NCBI GenBank assembly: GCA_051294375.1
Contig: CM119266.1
Location: forward strand, 2,907,812-2,971,811
Reading direction: 5' to 3'
DNA: 64,000 nt
Source: Paraspadella gotoi
Lineage: Eukaryota; Animalia; Chaetognatha
Shown: piece after piece, positions 48,601-61,427 of the stretch
Position numbering within the stretch: position 1 is the stretch's first letter
Layout of the letters: every line of letters begins with the position of its first letter
The notes under the pieces: generated by a model
Told to the model about the DNA's origin: nothing
What the model saw: the letters and a program-made list of their open reading frames with translations, nothing else
Database searches by the model: none
Position numbers and translations under genes: made by a program

Positions 48601-51600
48601 CACAACGTCGCCACCAACGCCTCTACTGAAGCGACCAACGGAGGTGACATTCGCGAGAGCCCCGTCTCGATTAAAACCCCTTTTTGGTCGGTCGGTCCGT
48701 TTTGTAAAATATTAATTCATTCATTCTTACCTCCTGACTTTGGACCGGATATGGCGTGTTAAGACTTTGATCCTACCTACTAGATCATAACATAGCAGGA
48801 CCCAGCAAGCTATAGCGTGTTAAGGCTACGATCCTACTTAATAGATCATAACATAGCAGGACCCAGCAAGCTTTCAGCAAGAATCTCTAACAGTCTACTT
48901 AGTTTATTCATACCCAGAGTACTTGATTCCATTTCAATGAAGTGGTATTATGTTTTTAAAAACTTTTTCAATTGTATACAAAGGATCACTCCTAGCACTC
49001 CCATATATATATAAAACATAATAATAAAGTAATAGATCAAAAGAATGGACTCGCCGTGCCTATATATGACTAAGTATTTTGTTTGTTCGATAAACCTTTA
49101 GAATCGATTCTATCACGTATTTATTTGACAGAAACCTTTTCGCCAACGACATCGACGACATCCAAAGGTGAACCGTTGGTCGCCGACGGTTGGAACGAAA
49201 AGGAATTGATTTCGTGGTTGGGAAGAGTTGATAGACGGAGATCAGAGGCTAAAGCCAATGCCGCCTCCTCGAACGATGCCACTTCCTCCACTGATGCCAC
49301 CTCCCCCACTGATGCCATATCCTCCTCTGACAATTTCTACGCCGCTGGTACAGAAAAGAAAATTTAATTCCTTAGAATTTTTCCTTCAAATAAGAAAAAA
49401 AATTAAAGATTTTTTTTTTTTCGTTCATACGATCCAGATCCTCGAACGGTGAGGCCGAGGACGCCGCTTTGGACGACGCCCGAAAAGACGGCGCCGCCTC
49501 CGACGGCAACGAAGCAACAGCCCTCGAAGACGCCGTCACAGACGACGTCGCCGCCTACGAGGAGGACGCCGCTATGGACGATGCCAGAAGAGACGCCGCC
49601 GCCACCTCGAATGGAAATGACCTCACCGCCGACGCCGCCGCCGACGCCGCCACCGCCGCCATCTCTTGTCGAAGCCGACGGATGGAATGAGGCGCAACTG
49701 ATAGCGTGGTGGGGAAGCGTTAAGGAAGAGGCGTCGACGAGACACGACCACGACGCCGCCAGAATCAACGCAGCAAAAATTGATGCCGCGAAAATCGACG
49801 CCGCAAGAAGCGACGCTGAAAGAATCGAGGCCGCTAGAATCGAGGCTTCGAGAATCGAGGACGCTAGAATCGAGGCTGCGAGAATCGAGGCCGCGAGAAT
49901 CGAGGCAGCGAGAATCGACGCTGGTAGAATCGAGGCTGCAAGAATCGACGCCGCTAGAATCGAGGCTGCGAGAATCGAGGCCGCGAGAATCGAGGCTGCA
50001 AGAATCGACGCCGCGAGAAAGAACGCCTCGAGAATAGATGCCGCAAGAATAGACGCCGCCAGAAACGATGCCGCCAGAATAGAGGCCTTCTCTGACTTGG
50101 AGGACGCGGCTCTCGACGCACGCGTCAATGCTTCCGCCAACGCCGCCCAAAGGGAGACCGACAGTAAGAACGGGACTTTTATTTGTTTACTTTAATCGTT
50201 TGTATACATGTTTATCTTTTGTTTACGTATTTCTTTTACTTGTTTAATTGTTCGTTAATTTTTTTACTACTTCTTTATTTACTCGCTTGCTTGTTTGCTT
50301 AATGGTTTGTTGGTTTACTTGCTTGTTTAGTTGGTTGTTTTCTTGCTTGTTTAATTGTTTGCTTATTTGGTTGTACTTGTTTGTTACTGTTACAAAATTT
50401 TCAATTCAATTGCTCAATGCAATGGCAATGATTCAAATTGTTTAAACGAAGTCGTTTATAACGACGTTATCATTGGAAATAAACATCAACTTACTTTCAT
50501 CACGTAAACTTGTTACCATTTTAATTAACATATTTCGTTATGATTTCTCGATCGGCCAAATCTTCTCCTTTTTATCGTCCCTAACAGAGACGGCGTCCAT
50601 CGTAGGTGATGGTTGGGACGACGCGCAGTTGAAGAGCTGGTTGGGGAGCGTGGACCAGCGGAGAGCCGAGGCCGCCGCGGAGGCAGCCGACGCCCCAGCC
50701 GACGCCGCAGCCGACGCCGCAGCCGACGCCGCAGCCGACGCAATGAACGACGAAGGTGACATTTTTTTTTTCATCGAATCGTTTAAAACGTTTATTATAA
50801 AGATTGTCTTAATATATATCTTTATATACATTTACCTATAAAATGATCCAAAGCGCTTTAGATCGTCTCATACTTACGTGGTTGCCCATGGTTACGGCGT
50901 GTGTTTTAGAGGTTGGATGCGAAGTCAATGATGTAGTTGTTTGAAGGATAAGAACGAGAGCTGTTGTAGAACGTAGATAGCAATGGGGCGGGCATTTAAT
51001 TTTGCGTTCAGATGTTGTTTGGCAGTAATCTTTATTTTAATGTTGCTTCAACATTGCAGCAATCTTGCAAGTTGCAACACCATCAATCTCTCTCTCAGGT
51101 CTCCGCCGTAGATCCAAGCCTCGCCCGCCGCGTCCGCCGCGTCCGCCGCCGCAGCAGCCGACTTCGACGACGGACGTGGCAGCCGCCGCCGCTGGGCAGT
51201 GGGACGTGGAGCGTCTGAGGGCGTGGTTGAAAGAGAGAGACAGCGTCGCCGATTCCAAGGCCGACGCCGACAACGTCGAGAGATGGAGTGACGGGCGTTT
51301 GAAGTCGTGGTTGGAGGATAAGGATCGAGGCGGTGAGAACGCCAGAGCCACCGTGATTCACGACTCACCCGTCGCCGCCGCCGTGGACGACGCTGTCGGG
51401 AAGACGAGATCGCAGAAAGTCCTGGAGATCGGTGGGTAGTTTTTTGTTGCCGCTTTTTTTGTTTTCCTTTCCCAGGAGGTTTTTTCTTTAAATGGTCGCT
51501 AGGTGTCTTTTTTTTTTCCTTGCGAGTTAAGATTAGGAATAACAAAAGGGATTTGGATTTTGTTGGAGAGTGGAGAAGGACGACGATGATGACGACGCGA

Positions 51601-54600
51601 CGACGACGACGACGATAAGGAAATCGTTCGAACAAACAATCGTGTCAATTTAAAGAGACGATCAAATACGAGGAGGAAGTCGACGATGACGACGACGACG
51701 ATGACGATGACGACGACAACGACGTCGACTCTTATGACCTGCACATTAGTTGTCCCTCCAAAAACCAAACTAATGTGAGCCAAGGTGGGTAACACAAACT
51801 GCGACATTATTGTTAACCGCACTGATTTTCATGATTGACTTATAACATTCGGCTTAGAAAACAGATATTCGTCATGAAGTAAATGATAGTAGTATTTACT
51901 GCCAAATTATTATGATTACGATAACGAGGTTGAGGTCGATGATAACAACGATAGCGAAATTGTCTCGAACAAACTATCAGGAGTTTAGAATCAGGACGAC
52001 GACGACGGTGACCATGACGACAAATACGACGACGACGACGTTGATAACGACGACGAGTGCGACGACAACGACGATGACGACGACCAAGACGAAATCGATT
52101 CTCGGCCGAAAACTCGAAATTCGAGACGCAAATGTTTCTTTCTTCGGGAGTCGGGATTTGTCTCTGGGGGAAGAGAGGGGGAAGGAGGAAGAGAGGGGAG
52201 AGGAGGAGGGGGAGAGGAGGGGGAGAGAGGAGAGGGGAAGAAGCAGGGGAAAGAGTGGGAGAGAGGGAGGAAGGGAGGAAGAGAGGGGAAGAGAGGGGAG
52301 AGATGGGGAAGAGAGGGGGGAAGAAAGGGATGGAAGAGAGGGGGAAAAAGGATTAAGAGGGAATTTGTGGAGGTGAAAGAGAAAAGTAAGGAGGGTGAGG
52401 TAATACGAAGAATAAGCAAAAAGTTCATAGATATTAAACTTGAGTGAAACTATCACTTAAATATTATAATAAAACTGTTAGAAAAACCGAATTAGAAGAT
52501 ATGAGAAATAATCTAAATTGTTAAAATAAAAGAATTGAAGGGAATAAGAAAGAAAAATAGAGGAGAACAAAAAAGGGAAATGCGGACAGTACTCGAGAGA
52601 GTATAGAAAAAACTCTCTCTCTCTCTCTCTCTCTCTTCTAGCACAAGCGCTGGAGCGGCTCAAATACGAACAACAGCGAGGGACTATGCAGGAGCAACCC
52701 GCTCCAGTTATGCAGGAGCAAATCGATTTCTTTGAGGAGGAGCGGCCGCCGCCTAAAAGATCGGCGGAGATGGATAGACAATCAGGTTGACGAAATTTCT
52801 ATTTCTATCAACCACTGAATCAATCAATCAATCAATCAATCAATTAACCAATCAATCAATTAACCAATCAATCAATCGATCAATCAATCAACCAGTGGCT
52901 GCGCCAATACATGTAAATCACTTATTATCAATAAGATAGATTCTGGTAAAACTTGAACATACTGTTGCCATTCTAACTAAGTCTTAGCGATTAATTAATA
53001 TGTATAATATTATGCCTTATGATTCGATAGACATAGAATAAGAAAAAGAATAAATGAAAAAAATAAGAAAAAATACTTTTTATAAAATATAAAAAAATTA
53101 AAAGATTTAAGATAATAAAATTTATTAAAAACATATCTCTATTTGTTAAGAGCAGGGTGCAAGTGAGAATCTAGTGGGTGCAGTTAAAGTTTATTTTGAA
53201 TGTTCCTTTGTCTTACAAAAGGCTCTGCTTTATACAGCCCTCAGTAGTAGAATAGGGTGAAAAAAAAAAGAATATAATGGGACTGTTCTTTTGTTTCAGT
53301 AAAAAAAGTTTAAAAATCTCTGTGGATTACTTAAATGGTTTATTAAGACTAAAACAGGCAAAAATTTGCTATTTTTGTAAAAGCAATGCACAGTGGGTTC
53401 AGAGTGCAGACAGAAGAGCAAATTTCTTATAAAAGATAAAGGGAAAATGTTCCATAGTAGAGAAAGTAAGAGCAGACAAAGTGCACCGAGTACGGAATGA
53501 AATCATCGGGAATGTAGTCAATTCAACAAATAAATAAAGGCTAAATAACATTTCATTCATAATCGTTTCACTCATATCTCGTAACAGATTTCTCGCGAGA
53601 CAATCTTCTGATGGAGAGTCCACCTGCGGCTCAAAGATGTTGAGGAACAGGCATGCGTAGCTAGGCAGACACTCACGATGGCAGGCCGAGACGCCGGAAA
53701 GGTCAAGACTGCTGAGTAGCCGCGCAGCGGCAGAATCAGCAGCTCCGAGGAGTGGTGAGCCAGTGAGGCGAATCTCGCGAGCCTCTTTCAGCGTCACAAA
53801 CGGCCGACACAACAAACAAAACGACGAAACAACGCCGACAACAATGCAACGCCGCTGCCTTCGTGGAAGCTGACAAAGGAACCGCGAAGTCAGCGACAAA
53901 CATAGGAACAGCATAGAGACGCCGTGAGATGAGGATGGTGAATGAATGATGAAGCATGATGATGATGATGCGAGATTTTGATCGAGTACAGCATGAAAGA
54001 CTGTGAATATGATGATAATGAATCATGATGATGATAATGATGATGACTTTGATTATGATGATGATGATAATGAAGATGATAATAAGATTATGATCGTAAT
54101 GATGATAATTATGATGATGATTGTGATAATGATGACGAAAACGTTTATAACTATGATCATAATATCAGATATTACTTTCAATTTGGCAAAAGATCTATGA
54201 GTAATGATAGCTGCTGAGGGAACTCGAAGCGGACTGGAAGACGGTTCGGACGACGAACCCAAATCAGGAGACTTATGTGATCCCTACTGATAGACTCCCA
54301 TTAATCTTTTTAAAAATGGAACCCAGATCCCGTAGAACTGAAGGCGGTGCTGATGTCGGATCTGATCAAACGACACGAGATGACGGCCGAAGACATCGTC
54401 GTCGTCGACCGAATCCTTCAAGGAATCTTCGAGACGAAACAGCCCGTCGCCTCCAAGCCCAAAGGTATGGGCAGAGATGATTGCAATTGGATTTTGGGGT
54501 TGTTCCGTTTCCTTTTTCCCCTTCAGCGAGGGAAACTACTCAAGCTGCGGAGTCTGTACCGCAATCTCCGCCGCAGCAGACGACGATGCTGGAGCAGCAG

Positions 54601-55384
54601 CAGTTCGAAAAGCTGCAGTCGGCGCTGCAGCAGGAGCGCAATCGGCAGGTGCGAGCCTACGAAGCCGTGCAGCGTCCGGGACAATTTCCTAGAGTTTCGC
54701 AGATGGTGGCCGAGCAGCAGGCGCAGCAGGCGCGGGAGGCGGTCGTCGCCGCGGAGCAGCGGGAGAGGGAAAGGGCTGCTGCAGAGAAAGCGTCAAAGTT
54801 GGAGCCTGTCCGGGCTGCGCTGAGGAATGCGCAGCGAGCCGTGCAGCAAGAAGCCAGGTGGGGTCTTCTAGGAAGTGAAAATAGGGACCAACCTGTAAGA
54901 ATGTCTCACTCTCACTCTCTCTCACTCTCTCTTTCTTCCCATCTCCAGACTGGGCGCTCGGCAGGCCGTGGAGCGGGCGACGCAGAAAGCCTCGGCGGAG
55001 GCGGCTTTAAAGGCGGAGAGAGAGGCGGCGGAGGCGGCGGCTCTGGCGGCGGAGCAGGAAGCGGCTGAGGCGGCGGCGAAAGAGGCGGAGAGGCAATCGG
55101 CGATTGAGAGATTGAACGCCCCCAATCCGGAGCTGGAGAAGTTGACGAGGGCGTCGAAGAATTGGAACGCCGTCGCGGACGCGGCGGAGCAGGAGGAAGC
55201 GTGGTTGGCCGGAGAGCGAGACGTCCGATTGGTCGAGACGAAGCGAGGAGGGTCTTCGAAGCCGTCGACGGCTTGGAGTAGGATCGAGGAAGATTTGAGG
55301 ATCAGGATTTGCGGGAGACATCGGGATTTGTTGGGTGGGTTTGATGGAGTTTTGCTAATTATGGGTTTGATGGAGTTTTGCTAA
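40512..55384 (+). CDS. Large multi-exon Ala/Glu/Asp-rich low-complexity/coiled-coil protein of unknown function with repeated Trp motifs
   Basis: Phase-consistent GT-AG exon chain: 42565-42784, 43088-43182, 43255-43334, 43651-43821, 43906-44073, 44517-44772, 45048-45446, 45660-46085, 46429-46635, 46736-47565, 47765-47831, 48257-48643, 49132-49347, 49439-50163, 50588-50755, 51099-about 51431. Further probable exons at about 52641-52784, 54327-54463, 54526-54857 and 54949-55330. Probable first coding exon about 40504-40607. Start and end are uncertain. Confidence 0.75.
40988..41931. mobile_element. Palindromic MITE/foldback element with TA flanks
   Basis: TA-GAGCGTTCAAAGATAACAAAATATAA ... TTATATTTTGTTATCTTTAAACGCTC-TA; the imperfect inverted repeat extends several hundred bp inward; no ORF. 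Confidence 0.85.
49756..50086 (+). repeat. Coding 15-bp tandem repeat encoding (A-A-R-I-D/E) x about 21
   Basis: AGAATCGA(G/C)GCNGCN units with mostly third-position variation, inside an exon. Confidence 0.9.
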
Positions 55385-55668
55385 TTAAGGGTTTGATGGT
55401 GTTTTGCAAATTAAGGGTTTGATAGAGTTTTGCTAATTAAGGGTTTGATCTTTGATGGAGTTTTGCTAATTAATGGTTTGATGGAGTTTTGCTAATTAAG
55501 GGTTTGATGGAGTTTTGCTAATTGAGGGTTTGATGGAGTTTTGCTAATTAAGGGTTTGATGGAGGTTTGCTAATTAAGAGTTTGATGGAGTTTTACTAAT
55601 TAAGGGTTTGATGGAGTTTTGCTAATTAAGGGTTTGATGGAGTTTTTCTAATTAAGGGTTTGATGGAG
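55336..55668. repeat. 26-bp minisatellite
   Basis: GGGTTTGATGGAGTTTTGCTAATTAA x about 12; a longer inverted array lies at 57373-58120. Confidence 0.95.
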
Positions 55669-56034
55669 GGTTGACTTCTAGGAGCGTCTCAATAAATAAG
55701 TGTTATTAATGTTATTCGTTATAGATTATATCGTAGACGTAGACACACCTGATCGGCCTATAGGCCTATTTCCGTGATGATATATTTAATTATTAATTAT
55801 TAACAGCAATTATCGTAATAATGATTAACTGATGCCCCAGACTCGAACCACGAACCCTCTCAAGAAATGTTCTCCGATTGGCTGTCGCGTCAGGCCGGCG
55901 AAATATCATTGCGGAAGCTCAACTTATGTCGTGTTCTTTTTATTTCGTTCTTCGTCACTCCATTTTCGATTTTTTCTTGTCTTGACAAAGAGCCTCTCTT
56001 CTTCTCTTCTCTCTTTTCCTCTTCTCTCTCTCTC

Positions 56035-56068
<34 letters not shown>

Positions 56069-56725
56069 AATAAGCATTTGTCTTCGTTTTTCAATTCTTC
56101 TCACGTTGTGTGTATGTACACCTTCATGCATAAGATTTAAGTTGAATTTATTATTTAACCTATCTCCCTCTCTCTCTCTCTCTCGCCCTTCAATTCCACA
56201 TCACGTCCTCTTATCTCAGACACTTTCATGTCTTCCATTATTAGTTATTAATAACTCTATTCTATTTCATTTTATCTTCCAATGATGAATCTTCCAACCC
56301 ATATAGGGCCTCAATCAATCTCGGCTTCTCATTTAGTCCCGCCACCTAATCAGTGTAACCCCCCCTGCCCCCAACTCTGTCTCACACTTGGCACCAACTT
56401 CCACCCTCATCGCCACCTCCTATCTCCACCCCGCCCCCCCCCTCAAACCTGCTCCACTCTTCCTCTTTTCCTCTTCCTCCTCTCGGAACCGAACCGCCCT
56501 CAGGACGGCGTCTTCAGCGGCGTAAGCAGCCGCGTAAGCAGCGGCGGCGTGGCGCCACTGCTGGCGGCGTTATTGAAATCCGAGTTGGCGCCGTCTGAAA
56601 AAAATTAAGACGACTCGACGGTGAAGGAAGGAAAAGAGAGAGAGAGAAAAGCTTAATGGGGAAATCAATTCGGGAGACTGAGAAAGGCGCGTGAACTATC
56701 TCCCTGGAGAGAGAGAGAGAAAGAG

Positions 56726-56802
<77 letters not shown>

Positions 56803-56994
56803 GTGAGAAAAGAGAGAGAGAGTAGAGAGAGAGAGAGTGACTTAAATTTTTTTTTAAAATTCACTGAGGAGAGACGACGACGACGACACGACGACGACGA
56901 CGACGACGAAGACAAGAACCGATAAATTGAAGAGACGTTTAGTGTCTCACGGTGTGACCTCTCTCTGTCTCTCTGTCTCTCTGTCTCTCTCTCT

Positions 56995-57059
<65 letters not shown>

Positions 57060-57139
57060 TTACCGTTATTCCATTGAACGTTCCCGGCGCCAAAGTCTCT
57101 CTCCGCGCGCCGGTTCCGCGACGTTGGCCGATCGGCGCC

Positions 57140-58136
57140 GATTTTCGCCGGCCTGACGCGACAGCCAATCGAGAACATTTCTTGAGAGGGTTCGTGGTTC
57201 GAGTCTGGGGCATCAGTTAATCATTATTACGATAATTGCTGTTAATAATTAATATTAATATATCAATCACGGAAATAGGCCTATAGGCCGATCAGGTGTG
57301 TCTACGTCTACGATATAATCTATAACGAATAACATTAATAACACTTATTTATTGAGAGGCTCCTAGAAGTCACCCTCCATCAAACCCTTAATTAGAAAAA
57401 CTCCATCAAACCCTTAATTAGCAAACCCATCAAACCTTAATTAGCAAAACTCCATCAAACCTTAATTAGCAAACTCCATCAAACCTTAATTAGCAAACCT
57501 CCATCAAACCCTTAATTAGCAAAACTCCATCAAACCCTCAATTAGCAAAACTCTTCAAACCTTATTAGCAAAATCATCAAACTCTTAATTAGCAAACCTC
57601 TCATCAAACCCTTAATTAGCAAAACTCCTTCAAAGTCAAACCTTAATTAGCAAAAAACATCAAACCTTAATTAGCAAAACTCCATCAAACCCTTAATTAA
57701 AAAACTCCATCAAACCCTTAATTAGCAAAAACTCCATCAAACCCTTAATTAGCAAAACTCCATCAAACTCTTAATTAGCAAAACTCCATCAAACCCTCAA
57801 TTAGCAAAACTCCATCAAACCCTAATTAGGCAAAATCTACAACACTATACAACTCCATCAAACTCTTAATTAGCAAACCTCATCAAATCCTTAATTAGCA
57901 AAACTCCATCAAACCATTAATTAGCAAAACTCCATCAAACCCTTAATTAGCAAAACTCCATCAAACTCTTAATTAGCAAACCTCCATCAAACCTTAATTA
58001 GCAAAACTCCTTCAAGATCAACCTTAATTAGCAAAACACCATCAACCCTTAATTAGCAAAACTCCATCAAACCTTAATTAGCAAAACTCCATCAACCATA
58101 ATTAGCAAACTCCATCAAACCACCCAACAAATCCCG
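57140..58136 (-). repeat. Inverted duplicate of 55322-55905, including an expanded minisatellite and ending at an N-gap
   Basis: Reverse complement of GATGCCCCAGACTCGAACCACG and its flanks; many homopolymer-type differences from the first copy. Confidence 0.9.
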
Positions 58137-58161
58137 NNNNNNNNNNNNNNNNNNNNNNNNN

Positions 58162-58796
58162 TAGTTCACGCGCCTTTCTCAGTCTCCGAATTGATTTCCC
58201 CATTAAGCTTTTCTCTCTCTTCTCTTTTCCTTCCTTCACCGTCGAGTCGTCTTAATTTTTTTCAGACGGCGCCAACTCGGATTTCAATAACGCCGCCAGC
58301 AGTGGCGCCGCCGCCGCTGCTTACGCGGCTGCTTACGCCGCTGAAGACGCCGTCCTGAGGGCGGTTCGGTTCCGAGAGGAGGAAGAGGAAAAGAGGAAGA
58401 GTGGAGCAGGTTTGAGGGGGGGGGCGGGGTGGAGATGAGAGGTGGGGCATGAGGGTGGAAGTCGGTGCCAAGGTGGAGACAGAGTTGGGGGCAGGGGGGG
58501 TTACACTGATTAGGTGGGCGGGACTAAAGTGAGAAGCCGAGATTGATTGAGGCCCTATATGGGTTGGAAGATTCATCATTGGAAGATAAAATGAAATAGA
58601 ATGAGTTATTAATAAACTAATATGGAAGACATGAAAGTGTCTGAGATAAGAGGACGTGATGTGGGAATTTGAAGGGCGAGAGAGAGAAGAGAGAGGAGAT
58701 AGGTTAAATATAAATTCAACTTAAATCTTATGCAATGAAGGTGTACATAACAACGTAGAGAGAAGAATTGAAAAACGAAGACAAATGCTTATATAA

Positions 58797-58875
<79 letters not shown>

Positions 58876-58945
58876 CTCTGTTGTCAAGACAAAAGAAAAA
58901 ATCGAAAATGGATGACGAAGAAACGAATAAAAAGAACACGAGCGA
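58162..58945 (-). repeat. Inverted duplicate of about 55925-56698
   Basis: Near-identical ORF translations on opposite strands (56282-56608 + and 58262-58579 -). Confidence 0.9.
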
Positions 58946-59998
58946 TAAGTTTTTCGAGCTTCCGAAAAAAAAGGATTTTCTCCGAATTAATTTCGGGTCA
59001 TCAATCATTCAATCGGTCCCTCACTCAGACCCTAACTCACTAATCAGCTCATTAATTTCGGTTTTCAATGATTACTTTTCAGTTATCACCATTAAATTCC
59101 ATCATTCCTCGGAAATCGTAATTTTTAGATGGTATTAAATAACTATGAGACAATTTTCTTCGTCATCACGACGCGAGTCTCACTTGTTTTTCTGAATGAT
59201 CACGTGATTTGGAGGATTTTTGATAGCTTCATCTGTGAAACGTGAATCTGAAATTGAGGAAAAGTGAAGGAAGTCAGAAAGGAAGAGTTAAGAAAGGAAA
59301 TTACAGGGACTTCAATCAGAACTGATACGAAAAATCTTGTAATATAATCGAAACGAAGAGCAATCAGGTTATAAAATATTTTCATACTAATAGAAAAATA
59401 CTTGACTTGTTTTTTCTACCAATTTGTAACATTCTAGTTAGGATAGTTGCTATGTTATAAACATTTTCTTAGAAGGTAAATTTCTAAAGAAGCAGATTTT
59501 TTACTTTGAATGAATCTTACCATCAATTCTTAGTTCTCATTAAAACAATGGTTTTTTCTATGCTTTATTTTTTTTTATTAATAAGATACTGTAGTAAATG
59601 TATCATGAACCAGAATATAAAAAATTATATTATGATTTTCCCTTTAAAATCTATTAAAAATAAAAATTTCAGCTTGGGGGAAAATAACAAATCCCCAAAC
59701 TGACTTTTTATCATAAAATATTTTTATTTGTATATCAGATAACTTAACAATCAGCGTCAAAAATGTTAAAATAATAAAAACTGTTAAAATTTGGACAAAA
59801 TAAAATAGAAAAACGTGACTCCGCGCTTGAGAGCCACTGTCATTATACTATTAGGAAATTTGCCATTTTTTTTTAGGTCAACATAAACGATCCAGTAGAC
59901 TTCTAACTAATAAATGTTATATAGTGAAATAATTACGAGTTAATTAGGTCTTTTCGTATCGCCTCCAGATTGAAGTCCCTGGAGAGAGAGAGAGAGAA

Positions 59999-60036
<38 letters not shown>

Positions 60037-60050
60037 AGAGAGGAGAGAGA

Positions 60051-60093
<43 letters not shown>

Positions 60094-60195
60094 TCAAAGG
60101 TCACAAGGATACAGATTGCCTCGACAATGAGTTAAGGAAAGAGATCACGCGGCGGCTGAATCACGCGGGTCAGAAAAAAATGTGAGTGAGGAGAG

Positions 60196-60244
<49 letters not shown>

Positions 60245-61012
60245 AGAGGGAGAGAGAGAGAGAGAGAGGTGATCGAACAAAACATGTCGCAAAAAAAATT
60301 CACCTTTGAAGAAAAGGTCAAAGGTGAAACAGCGAGAAAAAAGTGAAGGGGAAAAATGAGAGAAGGAATTGAGCGTTGCGTTGATTGGTTATATATTTAT
60401 TAATTGTATTTATTTAGTAATGAGCAATTCGTTGCAAAGGTTCACAAGTGCAATTTTCAATTATTATTATTATTATTATGTATTAGTTATTATTATTATT
60501 ATTTTTATTTTTTTTTTCTTTTTTCTTTTTTTTTCTTTTTAATCCCACTACGAATATTTATATTCAAATTATTTTTATAATCTCATGAGATCTTTCAACA
60601 ATGTTTTAATTTCTTTTTTTTATCTAATTTAGTTTGTGAGATGAAATATAATTTCGACTCACGATGAGAGAAAATAATTCGACAGACTATCAACTTATAA
60701 TTAATATTTTTCGGCTTCTCACACCGACAGTTTCTGTAGTCTAGTCGGTAAAATGACCGACAAAATTCATCGATTTAACCGTGAAGAGAGATCGCAGATG
60801 GGCAGGACGAACTTCGTCCCTGAAGTACAGGGTCACCCGTTATGACTTGGCTGCGGTTGATAGGAATGAAGACGACGACGACGAGACGACGACGACGACG
60901 CACGACGTTAAGCCTCGCATCCAATTTTGTTTGTTTTCGCTCGACGTTTGTTTGTTTACTTCTTAAAATTATATCCGTTCGACGCGAAACGTGACATCGT
61001 CAACGTCGTCGT

Positions 61013-61044
<32 letters not shown>

Positions 61045-61089
61045 TGCCTTTGATGATGTCGTAATCTTGTCGTCTCGCGTCGTCGTTGT

Positions 61090-61427
61090 CGCCGTCTTCG
61101 TCGTAGTCAGCCTCGTCTTCGTCTGTCGCTCGCTTCGTCGTAGTCAGCTCGTCTTCGTCGTAGTCAGCCTCGTCTCGTCGTAGTCAGCCTCGTCTTCGCG
61201 TAGTCAGCCTCGTCTTGTCGTTAGTCAGCTCGTCTTCGTCGTAGTCAGCCTCGTCTCGTCGTAGTCAGCCTCGTCTTCGTCGTAGTCAGCCTCGTCTTCG
61301 TCGTAGTCAGCCTCGTCTCGTCGTAGTCAGCCTCGTCTTCGTCGTAGTCAGCCTCGTCTTCGTCGTAGTCAGCTCGTCTTCGTCGAGTCACCTTCGTTCA
61401 GCCTCGTCGTCGTAGTCAGCCTCGTTT
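61090..61427 (-). repeat. 21-bp tandem repeat, potentially encoding (DEADYDE)n
   Basis: CGTCGTAGTCAGCCTCGTCTT x about 15; the minus strand reads GACGAGGCTGACTACGACGAA. Confidence 0.85.

Noticed and set aside
53389-53420. CACAGTG heptamer as an RSS or Transib end
   Set aside because: No nonamer at 12/23 spacing and no matching inverted end found.
55336-58120. 26-bp repeats as a CRISPR array or telomeric repeat
   Set aside because: Head-to-tail units without unique spacers, no cas genes, eukaryotic context, and not a simple telomere motif.
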